Below are positions 15,133-29,845 of a DNA stretch of 64,000 nucleotides, in pieces; the first letter of the stretch is position 1; each line of letters begins with the position of its first letter. A model generated the notes under the pieces. It searched no databases and had not been told where the DNA came from. It was given only the letters and a program-made list of their open reading frames with translations. Origin of the DNA: the human T2T-CHM13v2.0 reference genome, Homo sapiens; assembly GCF_009914755.1 (NCBI RefSeq), contig NC_060931.1; one strand, 5' to 3'. Position numbers and translations under genes: made by a program.

Positions 15133-15235
15133 AGTTTTAGGGTACATGTGCACAATGTGCAGGTTTGTTACATATGTATACACGTGCCATGTTGGTGTGC
15201 TGCACCCATAAACTTGTCATTTAGCATTAGGTATA
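15094..15235 (-). mobile_element. Extremely 5'-truncated L1PA (3' UTR ~105 bp plus (TAA)n tail)
   Basis: 'taagttttagggtacatgtgcacaatgtgcagg...tagcattaggtata'; TSD tgtttcctttc at 15083 and 15236. Confidence 0.93.
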
Positions 15236-15859
15236 TGTTTCCTTTCTTAAGACTGGGTTTTTTTTTTAGTATTCAAGTGCCTTCTACCTTAAGACCTTTT
15301 ATTCATATCAGACATTCTGAACCTGAAATTTGTGAGCTCCCTGAAATAATGGAAAATTGTCTAGATGACTTTCTCTGAGATAAGCGGCCATGATTTTTTA
15401 TCTGCTTGTTTGTTTCATTCTTAAAAATCAGTTTCTTCAAAGAATTTGTGATCCAGATAAGGGTAAGAACTATTCCTCCAAGCCAAGGTCATAAACCTAT
15501 TTTCTCTTGACTTTTGTGCTTCCCCTTGACCATGCTTTGAAGCTCAGAAAATACTTAAGATCTGTTTAAATGAAAATTGTCATTCTGTGCACTGAATTAA
15601 AGCCTTAAAATATGCAAACTTTAGCCTGTTATCCCTTCCCACAGGTTCAACTTATGACAGCACCTTATGGTTTTGAGGTAAAGCTGGATGTGACATCTGT
15701 CACCTCTTGATCACAAGGTCTTGGCACAGGTCTGCATCTCCTGACTGTTCTAGATGATTGCTTCCCGAGACTGGACATTTCATCTTCAATCACAGGGTGC
15801 AAGGAGCTCAGCTCCTCCCCTGTTCAAACCTCCAGAAGCTTACCTTCACATAGCTATTT

Positions 15860-16010
15860 GCACAGGATAAGGCTCTTTTGTATGCATTTTATCATTTGAT
15901 CCTCACCATAACTCCAGGCAGATATTCCTGGCCCCATTTTATAGATGCAGAACTGAAGCTTAGAGAAGATAATGACCACTCCACGGTCCTGCCAGAGCTC
16001 ATGCACAGCA
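15860..16010 (-). mobile_element. MIR fragment
   Basis: 'catttgatcctcaccataac...ccccattttatagatgcagaactgaagcttagaga'. Confidence 0.75.
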
Positions 16011-16062
16011 GGGGGCTGCCTACAACTCTTTCCAAGATTGTTTTTAATTAAAAGTAATATAA

Positions 16063-17139
<1,077 letters not shown>

Positions 17140-17140
17140 G

Positions 17141-17276
17141 GGCTGGGCACGGTGACTCACGCTTTTAATCCTCATACTTTGGGAGACCCAGGCAGGAGGA
17201 TCACTTGAGGCCAGAAGTTCGAGACCAGCCTGGACAATATGGTGAAATCTCATCTCTACTAAAAATACCAAAATTA
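17141..17276 (+). mobile_element. Alu left arm
   Basis: Left monomer ending at the A-rich linker, into which the next Alu inserted; no right arm follows. Confidence 0.88.
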
Positions 17277-17578
17277 GGCCAGGCACAGTGGCTCAAGCCT
17301 GTAATCCCAGCACTTTGAGAAGCTGAGGTGGGTGGATCACGAAGCCAGGAGTTCAAGACCAGCCTGGCCAAGATAGTGAAACCCCATCTCTACTAAAAAT
17401 ACAAAAAAAAAAAAAAAATAGCCAGGAGTGGTGGTGGGTGCCTGTAATCCCAGCTACTCAGGAGGCTGAGGCAGAGAATTGCTTGAACCCAGGAGGCAGA
17501 GATTGCAGTGAGCCAAGATGGCGTCACTGCACTCCAGCCTGGAAGACAGAGTGAGACTCCATCTCAAAAAAAAAAAAA
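17277..17578 (+). mobile_element. AluS inserted in the linker of the previous Alu
   Basis: Full Alu; TSD aaaatac(c/a)aaaattag on both sides. Confidence 0.93.
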
Positions 17579-17646
17579 TACAAAAATTAGTTGTTAGTTT
17601 AGTTGCTGCCTAAAAGCAAGACTAGGCTCTCATGGAGGTACAATGG

Positions 17647-17924
<278 letters not shown>

Positions 17925-18764
17925 AGGCGGTGTCGGGGGGAAGAAGTAAAATGGACAGCAGCAAACCACAGGTGTGATAGGAGAGAATACTGAGCTGAGA
18001 TCAGTCTCCTAAAATTTGAATCGGATTTCAGGATCATTCATTTATCTGACTGTCAAGAATGCCTCTGAACAGGAGGAAGAATTTGGGGAGAGGGTGGGGT
18101 TTGTTGAAAGGGCACCGAGAAGGGAAGGGGGTGGTACCCAAACAATTTGTTTACATAATGTTTTTTGGACCTAAAATATGTAGAAAAGTACTTTGAAACT
18201 AAAGTACTGTACTGAAGTTTAATATTTTTCTTATTGCTTGCCTATTCTCCCTCCCAGATAATTTACAGAGGGCACTAAAGCTGATCCCCTGGGAGCTTCA
18301 GAGTTTAATGACTTCGCCTGACGATTTCCTATTCTTTTCCACAAGGTGCTAAGTCAAATTATGGCCAAATTACCAATCGCATGGTAATTCAGCTTCTAAA
18401 TATATTTTGTAGAGTGTTTCCAAAAGTTAAAAAAAAAAAAAACTTTACCTAAATTGTTTTTACTTGCTTCACCTTAAATCAGTTATTCGGTTCCTTTGAA
18501 GAACATGTTGCTTTAGCAACCCCCAAAGTGAACCCAGATACCCAGGACTACTGATTGTTACATCAGAGTTTTTGAAAACGCCAACACTGGAAACAGGCCG
18601 ACAGTTAAGGAGAGGCAGGCCTCAAACTAAAGCAGAACCTTCTCAAAACTACTTATATTTCAAGAGATGGATTAAGCGAAAAGAGCTGTACAAAGAAGCC
18701 ATTGTCTATGCGCCTGTTATATGCAAGGCACTGCACTCCCTTGTCACTTGTTAATTTACAAGAA

Positions 18765-19032
18765 GACTCGCGGGTCCAAGGAAAGGGAGAGGGGAACAGG
18801 TGCAAGGTTTGTGGAGGGCGGCAAACTGCACTCCACGTGCCGCGGGGCTGCGCTTGCGAAGACCAGGGTTCTGATGCCTGGCGCCGGCTGCCAGGTAGGG
18901 GCGCGCATCCTGCGCAGTTGCCGCGCGCGGCCTCCTCCAGCTTCAGGCCGGGCCAATCAGGAGGCGGGCGGGAGGGGGCACGGCGCCGCGAGGGGGCGGG
19001 GCCGCGTCGGGCTTTGCTGTCTGCTGGCCAGC

Positions 19033-19035
<3 letters not shown>
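18765..19035 (+). promoter_or_regulatory. Small CpG island with promoter architecture (orphan)
   Basis: About 28 CpGs in ~250 bp (hand count); CACGTG 18834, GCGCAT/TGCGCA near 18903-18916, GGCCAATCAG 18951, GGGGCGGGGC 18993. Confidence 0.75.
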
Positions 19036-19326
<291 letters not shown>

Positions 19327-19327
19327 C

Positions 19328-20258
19328 TAGCATGAGTTGAATTGTGTCCCCTCAAATAATCCATATGTTGAAGTCCTAACCCTCAATACCACAGAATGTG
19401 ACCCTATTTGGAAACAGGACTGTTGCAGATATAATTGGTGATAATGAGGTCAGGCTAGAGTAGGGTTGACCCCTAATAAAATATGACTGGTTTCCTCATA
19501 AGAAGGGAAACTTTAGACACAGACACATACAGGGAGAATGCCATGTGAAGAGACAGGCAGAAATCAGAGTGACGCTTCTATAAGCCAAATACTGTGCTGG
19601 ACCCATATTAACCTCAACAGGGATGGCACCAGGTTCAAGAAGTTGAAGAAGAGACCCAGAGCCAGCAAACGAGACCCCGTGAGACACAGAGTTTTATCAG
19701 CTGGAAACTTACATACAGAGCGGTTCCATGGTGGTGAGCTGGGCGGGAGAACTGCCACTGCTTGTAAGAAGCATGCAGTTTACATAGCATTTTACCTTAG
19801 CACCCTCCCCCTAACTACCTGTACCTGGCAACCTTCATTTAACTCAAAACAAAGAGCCTCAATCCCCTGCATAGCCTACATTTCATGGGACAGGCTTGGG
19901 GGACAGTCCAATGTTCCTCACGGATAAGGAATAAGTCTCTGGTTTGGCCGCTCCTTAGATTCCTTAGATTTTGTAACTCCAAACACACATTCAGGCGCAT
20001 CTGCCATGTAGGCTCATTCTCAATGTAAGCTTAAGTCAAGTTATCATTGTCAGGTGCATCTACCATACTCTAAGGAATGCCAAAATTGCTAGCAAATCAT
20101 CAGAAGCTAGACAAGAGGCTTGAAACAGATTCTCAAAGCCCTCACAAGGAACCAAGCCTGGACACTTCTAGCCTCTAGAACTGTAAGACACTATATATCT
20201 GTTGTTTAAGCCACCCAGTTTGTGGCACTTTGCTATGGCAACCCTAGAAATTAATACA
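19328..20258 (+). mobile_element. MLT1B/C MaLR LTR, split by an LTR47-like element
   Basis: 'ttgaattgtgtcccctcaa...tatgttgaagtcctaacc' start, 'ccctagaaattaataca' end. Confidence 0.88.
19590..20069 (-). mobile_element. Solo LTR, LTR47-like (ERVL), copy 1
   Basis: Minus strand starts '.GTATGGTAGATGCACCTGACAATGATAAC'; homologous to 39513-40002; degenerate 5-bp TSD ccaaa/ctaag. Confidence 0.8.
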
Positions 20259-21535
20259 TTCCCTCTTTCACAATTTTTAAAAAGTAAAGAAATAGATGCA
20301 TCTTTGCTTTGGCATGAAATATTAGAACAACACAAAAATATGTAGAATAAAAAGTGAAATGCCCCCCCCTTCACCATCCTAATACCATTCCTCTCCAACA
20401 TAACCACAATTATACTGGGTAGCTACTCCTCCAGAACTTTTTCTGTGCATTTACACACAGATTTGTAGAGATGCTCATATGTGTTTATGAACCCAGTTTT
20501 TCTGACTCTGGGTTTTCCCTTACATGTTATTATTCACTCGGATACCTAAGATAATGTTTACTCGTCTATTGATTGTTAATTCAAAGTGTTTCTTCTTTTT
20601 AACAACCCATTGAAGTTGTGTGCACGTGTATGTGTGTGTGTGAGTGTATTTTCATAATCATTTCAGGAAGAAAGAAAAATTCAAACAAAGAGACCTCTCT
20701 GAGGTAAAATGTGCACATTGGAAAAGCTTTTAGATATTGCAGACATAGATATACTTGCTTTGCATTCATCCTACAGCTAGAGACCAGGTGAAAAGTGTGA
20801 AATACAAGTTTTGTGATATGTTTTCCCTCAAGCTCAGAGGGTAATTCATGCTTCCACGTAAATACAGGTGGTAGTTATCTACCCACAGATGTGACTGCCC
20901 CCCTCCAAGTTTTACCTGTTAAAAATGCATCTTTTCCCACTGCCTGGACAAGGTGCTACTCTCTCCTATCAACTCAGAAATTTCTGCTTTTTAAAAACAA
21001 AGCCAAATAAAAAAACAACACTGTCTCCATATGGCCACTGTTGCAGAGCGCATATGGTGCCTGGAAGGAAAGAGAAAGCCTTGCACTCCTGTGGTCCTCT
21101 CCAGTTGATACATAGACTAAAGTTCAAGAATGCTCAATCTGCATATGAATGGAGGGAAGCGTGGGGTCTGAAAGGGGAAGTCAGCAGGTACCTCCTGCAG
21201 CCCTGGGTGGCCTGTTTCCAAGTCCGGTGTCCTTCCTGCCTCACTCACCACCGTTCTTAGAGTACTTCATTCCCTGGGTGCCACACAAATGAGGCATCCC
21301 ACCAGCCAAGATGGAAAATATTTCATTAACTGTGCTGCCCATGGAAAATAAAAGTAGAAGGGAGAGCCCAGAACAGAGGCTGAGGCAGAAAAGAGAATGG
21401 TGGAGGTGAAAGCCTGAAGCCCAAAAGGAAAAAAAGAAGCAAAATGAAGATGTGGAGTGGCAGCCGTGGGAGGAGAGGGGTGATCACAAGGGGGTGGACA
21501 GAAAAGGCCTTGGCCTAATATAGCAGTTTGGCCCC

Positions 21536-21950
21536 TGTCATGGTTAATTTTGTGTCAATATTTGGCTAAACATTTTTCTGGATGTTTCTGTGAGGGTGTT
21601 TTCTGCGAATGAGATTAACATTTAAATTGCTGGACTTTTAGTAGCATGCCCCTTCATAACACAGCTGTGACTTATCCAATCCATTGAAGGCCTTAACAGA
21701 AAAAGACTGACCTCCCCAAGAAAGAAGAAAATATGCCAGAAGATTGCCTACAGGCTTGAACTGCAACTCTTCCCTGGGTTTCCAGCCTGCTGGTCTATTC
21801 TGCAAATTTTGGACTTAGCCTCCCCACAATTGTGTAAGCCAATTACTTAAATACAATGCTCTCTCTCTTCTTCCCATATTGGTTTTGTTTCTCTGGAGCA
21901 CTGGAAACTTATCCTATTGGTTCTGTTTCTCTGGAAAAATTACTAATATA
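21536..21950 (+). mobile_element. MLT2 (D/B-like) LTR
   Basis: 'tgtcatggttaattttgtgtcaa','gagattaacatttaaatt','aaaagactgacctcccc', end 'ttactaatata'. Confidence 0.82.
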
Positions 21951-22425
21951 GCCCACAACAATCTCGCCCCTCCCTGTATGCCCATGCCACTCCTCATGTC
22001 AAAAGATAGGGCTTATTTCTGCTCCCCTTGAAGCAGAAATAAGGGGATCGCTTTGACCAACAACATGTGTCAGGTGTGAAATTCTAAGACTTCTAAGTGC
22101 AGGCTATAAGAGAACTGGGAACTTCTACTTCCTTCCTCTTGCAACCCAGCTGCCATGCTTTCAGAGACCCTAGCTACATGGAGAGACTGTGTTGAAGAGA
22201 ATCTAGGTGCTCTGATCAACAACCCCCATGGAGACTTCAGCACCACCAGCATTTTCCAAAACCAGATGATCCTCAGATGACTGTGGCTTCAGATGATATC
22301 ACATGGGGCAGAAGAACCACCCAGCTGAGCTCCATCAGCTATGGCCTCATGAGAGATAATAAAATTGGTGTTGTTTTAAGCCACTAAGTTTGGGACTGGT
22401 TTATTACACAACGATAAATAACCTG
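21951..22425 (+). mobile_element. MLT1G/H-like LTR
   Basis: 'gaagaaccacccagctgagc...tgttgttttaagccactaagtttggg'. Confidence 0.78.
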
Positions 22426-23810
22426 CCTTGAAATTTGGCTCAAGGTAGACCCTTTGTCCATTAAGACCTCTGTCTTCCTGGATGGCTTTTCCTATGCCTA
22501 GCAAGAACCCATTTGACTCCCTAGAGAAGGGTTGCCCTTATTTTCAAATCCAGGATACCCCTTCCCTAGGTCTTTAAGCAGTTCCTGCCAACCATGCCAG
22601 AGACAAATCACACTGCTACAGCTATGTTTGAAGTCACCAGCTAAAAACTACTCCTCCAACAGTGTTTCCCAACCGCCAGAATTAGTTCATTTGCAAATAA
22701 GTGCCCTGAACCCTTTATCATGTTAAGCAAAGTGATAGTGGTGTTTGGTGGAGGCAGACACTTTGCTAGGGAGTCATTTGAATTAACTCCACTGTTATTT
22801 GCTTGGTAGGAACCTGGCCTTAGTGGCTTCTTTCAACATTATATTACACTGCATTGCCCAAGGTCATTATCAATCCAAACCCCAGTGGAACTAGGCCAAG
22901 CTGCTCATAAACTTCTCTTTGCGATCTACCACAGGAATGTCCTCCATCTCTCAAAAAGGGAGTTCATTCTGTACCAATGATGTTAAGACCTTTACAATGT
23001 AGATTTAACTTGAAAGAATATAGAATATAGGAAACTCATATAATCTTATGGTAACAGGGTCTAAAATTTATATTCATCACTCAGGTATGTAAAACAAACA
23101 TAGTTTATCTATTCCCTATAAATAATCTGACATTCTTCAGGCCTACCTTATTGACTAGTTGGGAGAAGGTATTCAGATACAAAATTTGAATTCGCCACAA
23201 TTTATGGCAATGCAGTCTCTTTCAGTGTAAGCTGTCTTTCTTAGATGACTCAACTTTCTCCTCCACATGCTCTTCTTGGTGAGGGTAGGCAAGTGTAATG
23301 AAGTGTGTGCAAGGGCCTGTATCCCTTCGGGGAGCTTCAGACTCTTATTGTTCTGTTGGTGAGTGAGACCTCTGGTCTAGTCTCTGAACTGATGACCACA
23401 GGGGTCTGTCTGGTTGCAGACATTTGCCCCAGTCATAAACTTTCCAAGCTTGCTCCCAAGGACTGTTCACCTCTGTGCTGTTTGCCAAAGTTTGTGGGGC
23501 CTTCTGACCCCCACATAAGAACTGCTGCCCCAGCTCACCTGTTGCAGTATTGTGCCCTGCCACATTGGCAGTGCCTGAGCACAGGACTTCTCCTAAAAGC
23601 TCCTTCACCATCTCCAGGACAGCCAGAAGAGCATGCCACTAGCCCTGTACCTTTAGTGACCTCAGATTCCTGAACAGCTGAATTTTTTCACTATGGACCC
23701 CCTGGAGGACCCTGCTCGTACAAGGCACAAGCAAGTACACATGTCTGAGCTTCTCCTCTCTCTGCTTGCAGTTTACCAGGGCTGGAAAGGGTGTGTAAGG
23801 GTGTGTTTTC

Positions 23811-24119
23811 TTTTCTTTTTTTTTTTTTTTTTTTTGAGACAGAGTCTCACTCTGTTGCCCAGGGTGGAGTACAGTGGCATGATCTCGGCTCACTGTAACC
23901 TCCATCTCCCCAGTTCAAGCAATTCTCCCTGCCTTAGCCTCCTGAGTAGCTGAGATTACAGGCACCCCACACCATGCCTGGCTAATTTTCGTGTCTTTTA
24001 GTAGAGATGGGGTTTTGCCATGTTGGCCAGGCTGGTCTTGAACTCCTGACCTCAGGTGATCCGCCTACCTCAGCCTCCAAAAGTACTGGGATTACAGGCT
24101 TGAGCCACCACTCCTAGCC
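23811..24119 (-). mobile_element. AluS
   Basis: Reverse Alu; TSD aagggt(g/a)tgttttct. Confidence 0.96.
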
Positions 24120-24178
24120 AGAAAGGGTATGTTTTCTACTGTCTTTGTCATAACCTGGGTTCTCTGTGTGCTGTAGAA

Positions 24179-24400
24179 CAGGGTTTGGCAAACTTTTTTT
24201 ATGAGGGGCCAGATAGTAAATATTTCAGTCTTTGTGGTCCACATGGTCTCTGTAGCAGCTACTCAACTCTGCTGTTGCAGTGTGAAAACAGCCATAGACA
24301 ATACATGAATGAATAAGTGTAATAGGGTTCCAATAAAGCTTTGTTTGCAAAAACAGGTGGAAGGCTAGATTTGTGCTGTGGGCCAGTTTGCCAGCCCCTG
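24179..24400 (+). mobile_element. MER58A (hAT-Charlie MITE)
   Basis: TIRs cagggtttggcaaact / agtttgccagcccctg; 8-bp TSD ctgtagaa/ctatggaa. Confidence 0.92.
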
Positions 24401-24454
24401 CTATGGAAGAAACCACATGAGCTTAGTCTTCCAGGTGTAGATCTTGATAAGGCA

Positions 24455-24980
24455 GTATAGTGGGTAAGAGATAACCACAATTTCTTTTTTACACTCTTGA
24501 CTTCAAATGGTAGCTCTCTGCATCTTTACCTTAAACCTGGTTGAGTTAATGGCTGCTTTAACCAATAGAATATACTAGAAATAACAATGTGCCCATTTCT
24601 GGTTCAGAGAATGGCAGATTTTTTTTTTTTTTTTTTTTTTTGGTCTTTTGGAACATTCACTCTTAAAACCCTGAACCCTGCCACGTAAGAGGTCCAATTA
24701 CCCTGGAAAGACTATATGGAAAGGCCCTGAAATTATGTGGAGACAAGCAGGGTGCGGTGGAGCTCAGCCTTCCAGCCATCCCCACCACAGCACAAGACCT
24801 GTGAGCGAAATTATCATAGATTGTCTAAGGAAGCCCAGAAGCCAGTGGAATTCCACTGACATCCCCCAGACCAAGCTATGCATGGCAGAAGAATCACTCA
24901 GCTAAGCCCTGTCCAAATTTGTGGCCCACAGGAATCATGGTTCTTTGAAGTCACTAAATTTAGGTGGATTGCCAGAACAG
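24455..24980 (+). mobile_element. MLT1G/H-like LTR
   Basis: 'cagccttccagccatccccacc','gcagaagaatcactcagctaagccctg'. Confidence 0.7.
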
Positions 24981-26984
24981 GTTATGGCTGAAAACTCCCT
25001 GGATTACTTCAAAAATATTATTCTCATTCCAATTAAAATCTAGCAAAGTCACTGAATCTCACTGTTTCCACCTCTTGGTAAGCACAAGGTGAAGCTTCAA
25101 CCAACTGACTACCTGTCTTACATTTTGGAGCATAAGATTAACTTTTCCTGCCAAAAAATTTCAGCAAAAATGTTCTTGAAAGAAGCATGTGCAAATCAAA
25201 TGGAAGAATACGTGGTTTGGGAAATGAGAAGACTTTAGCATTGTGTTTGATGAGCATTACATTTTTACGGCCTGTAGGGGCTTGTAGCTTCCTTGTCCTG
25301 ATTATGCAATCCCACAGCATGGCACACAGGAAAAGATGTGCCTAGTGCCTGTTGAAGCAGAGCAAGGATAAGAAGGATAAATGAATATGAAGTCTTTCTA
25401 TCTTCTTTCTGCCTTTCAGGAAGGGTTTTTGCTTTGTGGCTGTCAGCACCTGAACTTTCGTTTTTGGTGCAGAATCTGGGAAATGGACAAATTTTTTCCC
25501 AAGAAAAATAATTGGAGTAAGAGGCCAGACTATACTTTCCAAAGTTTTTTGTAGGGAGCACAAATGGAGGCTCTAGAGTGGGAGTGAGGGTGAAGGGGAA
25601 ATAGAGGAGACATGTGGAAGTAAAGGAAACGCAGGAATGGGAGAGGAAGAACCAGATTGTCAGGCACTGTTGAGTGGAAGACATTGTGCTGGGTGCATGT
25701 GGGGGGAATATTCTATAGTGGGGAACTGGGAATGGGGAATTGATTTACAAAGTAGCAACTTCTGCCTATGTGGAAAATAGTGGAAGATTAGAGAAGATGA
25801 TTAAGATATTTTGTTAGACATTAAGAACAGCAACCCCACTTCCATGCCTTTGGTCTTTTCTAAAACACTGAATACCATTGAAATAGTTGATTATCATATG
25901 TGCCTATTGTAAACTGCAATGTTTTCTTTTTTTCAAAAGTATCCTTTAAAAGAGAGGAATCATAATCAAATCCCTCCAAAGTTTCTCATATTATAGGCTT
26001 TCTATCATTGACTGTACTTTATTTTGAACAGCTGGTGCTGTTGGGAAAGGGACATTGGCCTGAACTGATCTCAATCAATGCCAGTTTTGGGTGATTCTGG
26101 AATCAGCTGATGGGGTCAGTTAGAAAAGAGCAAAACTATTTAATACAGATTTACTTGTCTGTTTGTGGGATATCATCTCACAGTTGTAATTGGTGATATT
26201 ATCGATAGAATTATTTTAAAGATCTTTCAAAAGCAAAACAGTACGTGCTTCTGTTGTAGAGATCAAGTGTAAACACAAACAAGATAAACAAAAATAAAAA
26301 CAAGTGATCTAATATTTCACAAATGGGTACTTAATCCTTGGGATGACATTCCCAGTGATGACATAACACATGCTGTCAATGCTATTTCTCTACAAAGAAA
26401 GATGATATGCTCTGCAACACTGTGGAGAATGATTCAAAAGTGACTAGTCATGTTTTCAGTGATTTTTCTGATTAGAGAAAATAGGAAATTTATTGATACA
26501 TATAGTTGTTTGCATGAAATCATATAGACAAATATTCATTTCTGCTTTTCTGCTGTTTCTTTCCATTGACATGGCACAAAAGTGAAGCCACATTGAGTCC
26601 CAGCTACATTCAGGTCTCACAATATATTATTTAGAGCCCACATGGGTAATACAAGAAAAAGTAACCCTTTGGTCTAAATTTTATATATGTTTCAAGAGAG
26701 AGTATGGGGTTTAGGATCTTTGTTATCCCCAAATACTAGTTTTGCATTTCTTAATACATGTAGACAATTCCAGAAAACACTCAAGGTGAAATCTCAGAGG
26801 TGATAATCACATATACACGTGCTTCTTGAGATTGGCACATAATTTTGTAATATTATTTTAACTTTCTAAAGGAGAGGGTACAAAATAAATTAGAAGAAAA
26901 ATTAATTTCATCCTTGTGCTAATTTGGTACAAGAGGAGTTATGATTAAAGGCATGTAGTTTTCTATTGATCTAACGTTGATCTA

Positions 26985-27196
26985 CCATAAAGGCCATGAA
27001 TTGACTCAGTCAGGTCAGATCTGACTCAGAGACTTGCTTTTTTTGGATTGCACAGTGTTTTTGTTTAAGTTTTCATCAGTTCCTTTTAAATGAGGATTCT
27101 ATAATTCCCCCAATCACCTCTACCCACTTACACCTTGCCTTCTTAGCCAAGTATATTATCTCGCTGGTTCCTGCAGACATTTTTTACCGTCCCTGA
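26985..27196. mobile_element. MER102-like hAT element
   Basis: 'cagatctg...tttttggattgcacagtg' and terminal 'tggttcctgcagacatt...ccctg'. Confidence 0.55.
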
Positions 27197-28165
27197 TGAA
27201 AGTTTATAGAAATTAGTTTTGTAAGTTGGCCATAAAACCTATAAAACAATTCAATTATGAGTCAGTTGCCATATCATTCCCAGATTTACTATAAGTGAGC
27301 TCAGAAGAGGAGAGGAAGCATTTGGTTGGCCCTGCCCTTGGCTTTCTACATGTTACACTTTAAATTTATTCATAACTTTTCACCTAAGAATAATATTGTG
27401 GCACTGAAATTAGCACTGATGGTGTTGGATAATTCCCTCTGAACAAAGGATGTTAGTGTTACGGAAGTCTGGCATGGAGATTCTCATAATTATGAATGTC
27501 CAAACTGTACTCCCTGAGGGAAAAGTCTATGTGAATGAAGCCTGGCTCTGACAATCCACACATTTCTTGAGGGCCTATTAGGAATCTCTAGCATTTTCCA
27601 CATTTCATTCAGCATTTTGTGTTTCTTTTTCCCACTTTATAGACTAAACGAATAGATTATAAAGACGAGTTTATTCTGAAAAGACCACGTCAATCTCATT
27701 AGCACCTACTTGAAATGGTATCCCTGTGTGTTAGAATTCCTTAGTAAGTCTCCTTCCATTTTTCTAGAAAAAATCTGCGTAGCAATAATATGTGTTTAAA
27801 AATAAAAGCCAGCTGCTCCTCACACATTCACAGCTTCTCCGCCCGCCCTTCTTTGCAGGGCATACAGGAAGTCAAATTTTCAGTTTTGTTTTGCTTTTTA
27901 AAAATCATCAACTACAAGACTATTTTCTATTTAGATGGATCTGGTGCCTGGAAGTGGGTATTTTTGTGCCCTGCCTCCCTAAATAAAAAAGGTATTTATC
28001 CATTTAACATGTTGTCCATTTCAGCCCTTTTTAGACCAGAGGGACTAGACAACATATACATTTTGGAAGACTCATGTGCTATTGCACTAATTAATAAAAC
28101 CACATTTTAAGCAAACATGCTGTTCTCTTACCTATTTTTAGGGGAAAAATACCTAAGGTGTTAGA

Positions 28166-28679
28166 TGCAGTAGGTTGATTACTGAAATGACCCCATTTTC
28201 TACCCCTCCTTGTATCCAAACCCATTGCAAAGTGACCTTTCAGCTCCTCCCATCAAGATGTGGATTCTATTTCCCCACTCTTGAGTCTGGGCTGGTCTTA
28301 TGACTGTCTTTGGCCAATGTGGCAAAAGTTGTGGTGTGCCAGTTCTATGCCTAGTCCTCAAGAGGCTTAGTGTGCGCCCACTCTCTTGAAACTTTGCCAC
28401 TGCCATGAGAAAAAGCCGGGCTAGCCTGCTGGAGGATGAGAGACCACATGGAGAAGAGCCAGGCCACCCCAGCTGAGGCCATCCCGGACTGGGCAGCCCC
28501 CCGCCAACCTGTTAGCTGATTGTAGGGGTGTGAGAGATACTTGCCAAAATCAACTAAACCCAGCCCACATCAGCAGAATTGTTCAGCCATCCCACAGACT
28601 TGTGAAAAATAATGAAGAGCTGTTTTTAAGTTGCTATATTTAGCAGCAGTTTGTTATGCAACAATAGCTACTTGATACA
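28166..28679 (+). mobile_element. MLT1F/G-like LTR
   Basis: 'ctcctcccatcaagatgtggattctatttccccactcttgagtctgggctgg'; end 'caatagctacttgataca'. Confidence 0.82.
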
Positions 28680-28749
28680 CTCTGTCACAAAATATAAATT
28701 TAAAAATGTATTCACATATATAATAGAGAGTATGAATATAGATGTGACT

Positions 28750-28955
28750 GCACTGTGGCTTGGGATCTAGTGTCAGATTCACCACGTTCAAATCCAGCTT
28801 TTTCACTCACAAAAATGATAACAAGTTAATCTCTTTAAACTTTAGTTTCTTCCTGGAAACTAAGGAAAATTAGTACATTGTAGCACTGTTGTAAAAATTA
28901 GAGAATATATATATATATTCTCTAATATTGAGCACAGTTAGTGCTTAATCAATGA
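28750..28955 (+). mobile_element. MIR (diverged) containing a 30-bp palindrome
   Basis: 'ttcaaatccagc...caagttaatctct...tttagtttct'. Confidence 0.65.
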
Positions 28956-29419
28956 AAGACACTAGCATGTCTATGCATATGGTTATGTTTGCTCTTATGT
29001 GACTTGTAACTAATAAATTCACCTTTCTATGGCCCAGAGATTACAGCCAATAAGTAGTTACCTATGAGAGTTGTCTGTGTGTCTGGCCCTCACAAGGAGA
29101 CCTGCCTAATCCCCAGGCCCTCTAACGACTTCCTTTTCCTAGAAACATCTCAAGGTACTTCTCCATGGAGGCCTATGGGCTCAGACCTTCACTCCAAAGC
29201 ACAGCCTTCACTTCTGCTGGCCTTCTGCTATGCTTCAGTGTGACTGCCCTCACCTTGATCTGTCTCCTTGATTTACTGCTATTGTTTGATTGCTTCTCCC
29301 TTGGTCTTCATGATTGCTGCCACATTGACATTATCACTCCAGCTCGGCTTCTCCAGCCATTAGCCCAACCTTTTTACTCTCCTCACTGGTACATTTATCA
29401 GGTTCTCACCATGTCATGA

Positions 29420-29845
29420 CACCATGGTAGAAACTCACCAAATTCCTTTTTCTCTCTCAGTACATAGCTAGACTACATTTTCCAGCCCCCTCATATCTAG
29501 TTCTCAATAATGGAACTCTCACGCTGGAGCGATATATAACTTCTAAGAAGAAACATATAAAAGTGGGTATGCCTTCTCCACATTTTCTTTTCACTTCCTG
29601 GTTGGCTGTTTGGAAAGCATAGAGTGGAGGACAATTGTGGCACAGGGGATGACAAAGGTACTAGTTGGAAACAACCTGGATCCCTGTGTCACCACCTGGA
29701 AGAGAACAACCCGAGAGGACATGACCAGAAACATCTACATTGAACTTTCCACGAGTTAGAAACGAATTTTTATTATGTTAAGTCTCTAATATTTTAGTGG
29801 TTTTTTGTTACCACAGTATTGCTTAATGTATCCTGACTAGCACAA
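29420..29845 (+). mobile_element. Old MaLR LTR (MLT1I/J-like)
   Basis: 'catagctagactacattttccagcc','cctggatccctg','ttattatgttaagtc'. Confidence 0.6.
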
